Virus record (IMG/VR): IMGVR_UViG_3300032053_000049 | Coordinates: 8,739 to 72,738 of that record | Length of the DNA stretch: 64,000 nucleotides | Source: a virus | Direction: 5' to 3' (one strand) | Shown: piece after piece, positions 60,114 to 64,000 of the stretch | Position numbering within the stretch: the first letter of the stretch is position 1 | Layout of the letters: each line of letters starts with the position of its first letter | Made by a program: the position numbers and the translations under genes | Notes under the pieces: generated by a model | The model's database searches: none | What the model was told of the DNA's origin: nothing | What the model saw: only the letters and a program-made list of their open reading frames with translations

Positions 60114-60170
60114 ATTATAAATATAATATAAATAAAGAAAAAATCAAAAAGTAATATAGTTCTTCTTTTA

Positions 60171-60500
60171 TCATTGAATAGAGCCACTAACAAATGGAGC
60201 CGAAACAAATATAGGAATAGTTGTTTTTGTATCTATTACCGTTCCATCAGATTTTTTTTCTGATTCGGATAATTCTACTTTTTCTCCCCATATTCTTTGT
60301 CCTGCTTTAGCTGCGGCTAAACCCAATGTAATAGTAACAAGAGAACTATCAAAAGAAGTTAAAGTTTTATTTTTTATGGTTACGTATGTTAAATTAAAAC
60401 ATAATGTAAACATCCACAACCAAAACATAGCTCTCATAGTTGAGGCTCCTGTGTTATTGTCTTCAAAAAAACCAGAAAACCAAATAAATAATTTTTTCAT
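60171..60500 (-). CDS. Two-TM membrane protein (holin-like)
   Basis: Two hydrophobic segments, charged tail; near a permuted NlpC/P60 gene. Confidence 0.5.
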   Translation of the reverse strand: MKKLFIWFSGFFEDNNTGASTMRAMFWLWMFTLCFNLTYVTIKNKTLTSFDSSLVTITLGLAAAKAGQRIWGEKVELSESEKKSDGTVIDTKTTIPIFVSAPFVSGSIQ

Positions 60501-60530
60501 ATAGTTTGGAGGAAGGAAACCCCAACGGCT

Positions 60531-60710
60531 TTAGCCTTGGGGAGGAATTCCGACCATTCTCCATGAATTATACGTCAGAAACTTAATATCTGATGGTTTA
60601 GCGTTCTGACATAATCGCTTTCCATCTCTTAAATTATGCAAAGAAACTCTGTCTCTCAAAGTTCCACCCACATAACAAAAATTGTATTTTGCGTGTTTAT
60701 TTTCTATCAT
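60531..60710 (-). pseudogene. IsrB-like C-terminal fragment (59-aa open frame)
   Basis: MIENKHAKYNFCYVGGTLRDRVSLHNLRDGKRLCQNAKPSDIKFLTYNSWR matches the recalled C-terminus of RRXRR/IsrB proteins (KHPKYGLCYVGG...RISLH...GKRLCQNAK). Confidence 0.68.
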
Positions 60711-61365
60711 GGTTTTTAATCCTTTCTATCCACGATAAAAATTCATCGTAAGATTTGGTAAACTTCGCCCTATTACAATCCCAACAACAAGATACACAAT
60801 TAGATGAAACATATCCTATTTTATTATCTTTTCGGTCTATTCCGTTGTAAGTAAATCGTCCATTGGTTGTTTTATTTCCCGCCAATTGAGACGGTTTGCA
60901 TCCACAATAATAACAATCATCTAAAAATAGTTTTTTGGCATCATCTTTAGAAAAGTTAAATAGAATGCCTTTTGTTTCGGCTCGTTTCTTATATGATGTA
61001 TAAAGTTTATTAAATGAAGATATTCCTACGGGTAATTTGTTACTCGAAGAATGTGTTGGTTTGCATCCTTTATTACCACAACTTACTATATTACCTGATT
61101 TCAAGTGTTGAGCTAATATCGGTTTTATTTTTCCACATTCACATTTACATAACCAATATGTTCTTCCTTTTATTGGATTTTCCAAAGATAAAACGGTGAG
61201 TCTCCCATATTTTTTATTAGTTAAATCTTCTAATCTATGTGAAGCATCTCCAATATGTTTCGTGCTGCTACGCACAGTTGACTCAATTGCCTTCAAATGG
61301 CCGGTCTTGCGACCGACCTTGGCCACTCTAGTCTCTATTTTAACTTTTAATTTTGAACTTAGCAT
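60697..61365 (-). CDS. Phage-type HNH endonuclease with its start inside the omegaRNA
   Basis: DLTNKKYGRLTVL...WLCKCECG...SCG DNA-binding module; CYYC...NGIDRKDNKIGY..SNCVSCCWDCNRAK HNH. Confidence 0.82.
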   Translation of the reverse strand: MLSSKLKVKIETRVAKVGRKTGHLKAIESTVRSSTKHIGDASHRLEDLTNKKYGRLTVLSLENPIKGRTYWLCKCECGKIKPILAQHLKSGNIVSCGNKGCKPTHSSSNKLPVGISSFNKLYTSYKKRAETKGILFNFSKDDAKKLFLDDCYYCGCKPSQLAGNKTTNGRFTYNGIDRKDNKIGYVSSNCVSCCWDCNRAKFTKSYDEFLSWIERIKNHDRK

Positions 61366-61412
61366 GTTCTACTTTTTCAAGCCCCTATCCCTTTAGGGTA
61401 GGGGTTATTGAC
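61235..61412 (-). ncRNA. IsrB-type omegaRNA, 5' portion (apparently truncated)
   Basis: Terminal hairpin, GACTAG..TGGCCAAG, hairpin GGTCGGTC-GCAA-GACCGGCC, TTTGAAGGCAATTGA, GATGCTTCACATAG, then an abrupt switch to AT-rich HNH coding sequence. Confidence 0.65.
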
Positions 61413-62022
61413 CTTTCCAAGGTGTAAATATAACTTTGTCTTGAAAGAATTGTTGCGGATCTATGGAACTTAATTTTTTTAATAATGTTCCTTTTCCTTT
61501 ATATTCTGGTTGTTCATTCAAACAATATGCTGCTAATTCAGAACATATCATTCTATTTTTTTTATTAAAAAGATTTGTAAAAAATTCTTTACTTTTTCCT
61601 TTGGTTAAAACATCAAGAATTATACCTATGAAACTATTAGAAATAGTATGACCAATTAATAAAGTCCAATCATAAAGTTTACCAATTTTAGAATATGCCG
61701 TATCAATAATTCTTTTGCTAATATCATCATTTAACCCAACGGGTTTTCTAAAAAAAATATGATTATGTGGATCATTAAAATAATCTGTTAATAAAGAACG
61801 TTTTATTTTAGGAAAATTTGCTTCAACACATTCATTCGGACCAGTTACAATCAAAGTATGAGATATGGGTATATTTGGAACATCAGGATTTTGACCACGT
61901 TCCCAATTTGTAAACCACGATATACCAAGACTAATAAAACTTGAATCGTTATATATAAATCCTATAAATCCGTCTTTATAATTTACTCCATATTGAGGTT
62001 TTACTGATACAATAGTTGTCAT
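61405..62022 (-). CDS. Permuted papain-like NlpC/P60 (YiiX/YaeF-like) hydrolase
   Basis: SHTLIV (His), YDW, ICSELAA (Cys after His); its stop codon lies within the IS end. Confidence 0.75.
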   Translation of the reverse strand: MTTIVSVKPQYGVNYKDGFIGFIYNDSSFISLGISWFTNWERGQNPDVPNIPISHTLIVTGPNECVEANFPKIKRSLLTDYFNDPHNHIFFRKPVGLNDDISKRIIDTAYSKIGKLYDWTLLIGHTISNSFIGIILDVLTKGKSKEFFTNLFNKKNRMICSELAAYCLNEQPEYKGKGTLLKKLSSIDPQQFFQDKVIFTPWKGQ

Positions 62023-62037
62023 ATTTGAATTTTTAAT

Positions 62038-62415
62038 TCACGGCCCTACCGTGACTGTCGTATTAAATATAGTTAAATCGGTTGGAGCATTGGTTGGTGC
62101 TAATTTAGGAATACTATCTGAATTAGAAAAATCAGATTCTCCAATGGTATTCTTTGCTTTAACTTTAAAAGATAATTGTTTTGTTACACCAGGAGTGATA
62201 GGAACTCTTACCATTGTCGCGTTGGTAGTAGCAGATACTGTTATTGCCGATTGAAAATTTACACTTCCATCACGAGCATAATACACCACAAAATTACTTA
62301 CCAAATTAGTTGGAGATATATTATAATTCCATCTTACCCACACATCGAGATATGTTGCTGAGAAAGCGGTTACACAAAATAATGACATTAAAACTGTTGC
62401 AATAATCTTTTTCAT
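62038..62415 (-). CDS. Secreted single FN3-like domain protein
   Basis: Signal peptide MKKIIA...AFSA; VRWN, FVVYY, FKVKAKN..GESDFSN. Confidence 0.7.
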   Translation of the reverse strand: MKKIIATVLMSLFCVTAFSATYLDVWVRWNYNISPTNLVSNFVVYYARDGSVNFQSAITVSATTNATMVRVPITPGVTKQLSFKVKAKNTIGESDFSNSDSIPKLAPTNAPTDLTIFNTTVTVGP

Positions 62416-62432
62416 ATATTAATAAATATTGT

Positions 62433-63095
62433 TTATTTTACTATGTATTCGACTTTTGTTATACTAAATTCAGTTGGAGTAGGTAAATTATTATTAGAAA
62501 CACTTACTAAAAAACTTGTGCTGCTTGCTTTCATACCGTCGCTGACGTTGACCGTCATCAGGGTTTGGCCCACCGAATTCGTGGATGGTCGCACGATAAT
62601 AGTACGGTTCGCCCCACTACCACCCAAAACAATATTCTCATTTGGAATCAATGCGGTATTCGCAGCGGTGGCGGATACATTTAAGTTTACCGCCGGCGTT
62701 TCCGCGTCACCAATTGTGAATGGAAGTGTAATTGTATCATTCCCCCACATAATTACGTTGGATATAGCCGTTATCGTGGGAAAACTGTTGGTTAAATCGG
62801 ACGGAATCGAGGTGCTAACCTCATTGGAGTAGTCGCTTTCCAGGCCGTAGCTGTTGGTTGCAGTGACGGCAAAGTAATAAGTGAGCCCTGCCTGCAAACC
62901 ATTCACGGTCGCTCGGGTGACATTGCCAACGTTCGTGTGGTATGGGTAGTTCCGACTGGCATTTCCGTAATACACAATCGCACCCGTAACCTCGGGATCC
63001 GTGCTGGGATCCCAAGCCAGGGTGACGCTTTGGTCTGCTAATGTTATAGAAGCAAATAACATTAAACCAACTAAAAACAATTTATTAAATTTCAT
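62433..63095 (-). CDS. Secreted FN3 plus cadherin/Ig-like domain protein, GC-rich
   Basis: Signal peptide; SVTLAWDPS...YYFAVTATN..GLESDYSNEV; PFTIGDAET...VNVSDG. Confidence 0.8.
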   Translation of the reverse strand: MKFNKLFLVGLMLFASITLADQSVTLAWDPSTDPEVTGAIVYYGNASRNYPYHTNVGNVTRATVNGLQAGLTYYFAVTATNSYGLESDYSNEVSTSIPSDLTNSFPTITAISNVIMWGNDTITLPFTIGDAETPAVNLNVSATAANTALIPNENIVLGGSGANRTIIVRPSTNSVGQTLMTVNVSDGMKASSTSFLVSVSNNNLPTPTEFSITKVEYIVK

Positions 63096-63282
63096 CTATA
63101 TAAACTTTTATTTTTCCAGATTGTATTAAAATATCATACCATCTGCCACATTTAGAACACAGAGCAACATATCTGTATATTCGTCTTTTAAGTTGTTCTA
63201 AAGTTATTTTATTTTTGGTCTTCTTATTACAATACGGACACTGACTAACCACCCAATCCGGCGGTTTTTCCAAATTATTCAT
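63085..63282 (-). CDS. Small Zn-ribbon protein
   Basis: CPYC and CSKC pairs. Confidence 0.55.
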   Translation of the reverse strand: MNNLEKPPDWVVSQCPYCNKKTKNKITLEQLKRRIYRYVALCSKCGRWYDILIQSGKIKVYIDEI

Positions 63283-63291
63283 ATTTAAAAC

Positions 63292-63366
63292 TGGTGGGTA
63301 ATATAGGACTTGAACCTATGGTCTTCCGGATGTAAACCGAACGTTTTTCCTCTAAACTAATCACCC
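63292..63366 (-). tRNA. tRNA-Val(TAC)
   Basis: GGGTGAT/ATTACCC acceptor, TTCGG-TTTACAT-CCGGA, TTCAAGT T-loop, ACCA. Confidence 0.9.
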
Positions 63367-63367
63367 A

Positions 63368-63622
63368 TTAAATTGTTTGTCCATCTATTTGGGAAGCCAC
63401 ATCTTCCGGTGCAATACCACGAACTAAAGCCGTATTCGTTATAAGATTTCTTTCCCAACATTTAATTTCAATAGAATTTATTTCTTTATTAGATAATGTG
63501 GTTCTCTTTTTAATTAATTGTTTAACACTATTTTTGTGTTGTTTCCACTCAACAAGGCCTTTGACCTTTTTATCCTTATTTTTCCAATCTGATTTATTGG
63601 ATATGTATAGAATAAATTTCAT
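63368..63622 (-). CDS. Hypothetical protein
   Basis: 84-aa ORF with TTGACA-16-TATACT and TACTTAT upstream. Confidence 0.55.
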   Translation of the reverse strand: MKFILYISNKSDWKNKDKKVKGLVEWKQHKNSVKQLIKKRTTLSNKEINSIEIKCWERNLITNTALVRGIAPEDVASQIDGQTI

Positions 63623-63698
63623 AATGTTTATCTTTAGAATATAAGTATAACATAGAAAAAGTAAATGTCAACCACAAATTGTATACTTATTTTAATCT

Positions 63699-63774
63699 TG
63701 GTCGGGGTAGTGCGATTTTCACACACGATCTTCCGGACCCAAACCGGACGCTCTAAATACTAAGCCATACCCCG
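63699..63774 (-). tRNA. tRNA-Pro(TGG), non-canonical T-loop
   Basis: CGGGGTA/TACCCCG acceptor, TCCGG-TTTGGGT-CCGGA, T-loop TGAAAAT, ACCA. Confidence 0.85.
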
Positions 63775-63782
63775 ATCTAAAT

Positions 63783-63873
63783 TGGCGGAAAAATAAGGTT
63801 CTGCCCCTTATACCTTTTTGAGGTACGATCACGTTAGTACCGTGTCCCAGTACGCTTGTCTGGTTAATCTTCC
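63783..63873 (-). tRNA. Probable 8/4-type tRNA-Ser with ACT anticodon
   Basis: GGAAGATT/ATTTTTCC acceptor (one mismatch), 4-bp T-stem AAGG/CCTT with loop GGCAGAA, long variable arm, loop GTACTAA, G73-CCA. Confidence 0.65.
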
Positions 63874-63878
63874 AAAAA

Positions 63879-63967
63879 TGGCGGGCAGCATTGGTGTCGA
63901 TCCAAATTCCATTTAAGGAACGTAAGGTTTTCAGGACCTTCCTATAGGCCGCTATAGTTTACTACCC
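63879..63967 (-). tRNA. 8/4-type tRNA-Ser(TGA) with Sec-like D arm
   Basis: 8-bp acceptor GGGTAGTA/TGCTGCCC, 6-bp D stem CTATAG with 4-nt loop, AAGGT-CCTGAAA-ACCTT, 4-bp T-stem TTGG/CCAA, G73-CCA. Confidence 0.78.
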
Positions 63968-64000
63968 AAAATCTACCCATAAATATAACACACCATTTTA

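Larger units (their letters stand above)
60501..61412 (-). mobile_element. IsrB/IscB-type IS200/IS605 element carrying an HNH nuclease in place of isrB
   Basis: 5' end GTCAATAACCCCTACCCTAAAGGGATAGGGGCTTG; 3' end AATTCCTCCCCAAGGCTAAAGCCGTTGGGGTTTCCTT followed by ATGA (NTGA TAM-like). Confidence 0.8.

Noticed and set aside
2633-62832. Plus-strand ORFs in the track (for example 16620-17174, 42583-42990, 62443-62832)
   Set aside because: All are antisense shadows of longer minus-strand genes or of RNA/IS elements, and carry no recognisable motifs.
824-63622. Stop-codon reassignment as seen in some large phages
   Set aside because: Long conserved genes are intact in the standard code, and TAA, TAG and TGA all end genes.
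63879-63967. Selenocysteine or opal-suppressor tRNA (Sec-like D arm)
   Set aside because: The anticodon reads TGA (decodes UCA, Ser), not TCA, and the fold is 8/4 rather than 8/5.

Overview
A 64-kb, very AT-rich segment of a large T4-like (jumbo-type) myovirus genome, with essentially all real genes on the minus strand. It holds the packaging module (a portal interrupted by four inteins, large terminase), a fused SbcD-SbcC nuclease/ATPase and a primase. A long baseplate/tail-fibre module is peppered with free-standing homing-type endonucleases. It also carries a gp55-like late sigma factor, PhoH, an HD hydrolase and a tRNA region with non-canonical tRNAs. Most notable: (i) an IsrB-type IS200/IS605 element whose omegaRNA is fused to an unrelated phage HNH nuclease and followed by an in-frame IsrB C-terminal fragment; (ii) an endonuclease that split a membrane-protein gene and is followed by a recoded replacement N-terminus, plus synonymously recoded gene ends beside other endonucleases; (iii) the four-intein portal; (iv) a TnpB-less omegaRNA cassette, an unexplained 166-nt rod-like RNA, 8/4-type tRNA-Ser genes and a TATTTAT promoter motif that is the reverse complement of the T4 late promoter. 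All family assignments come from motif recognition by eye; no searches were run.
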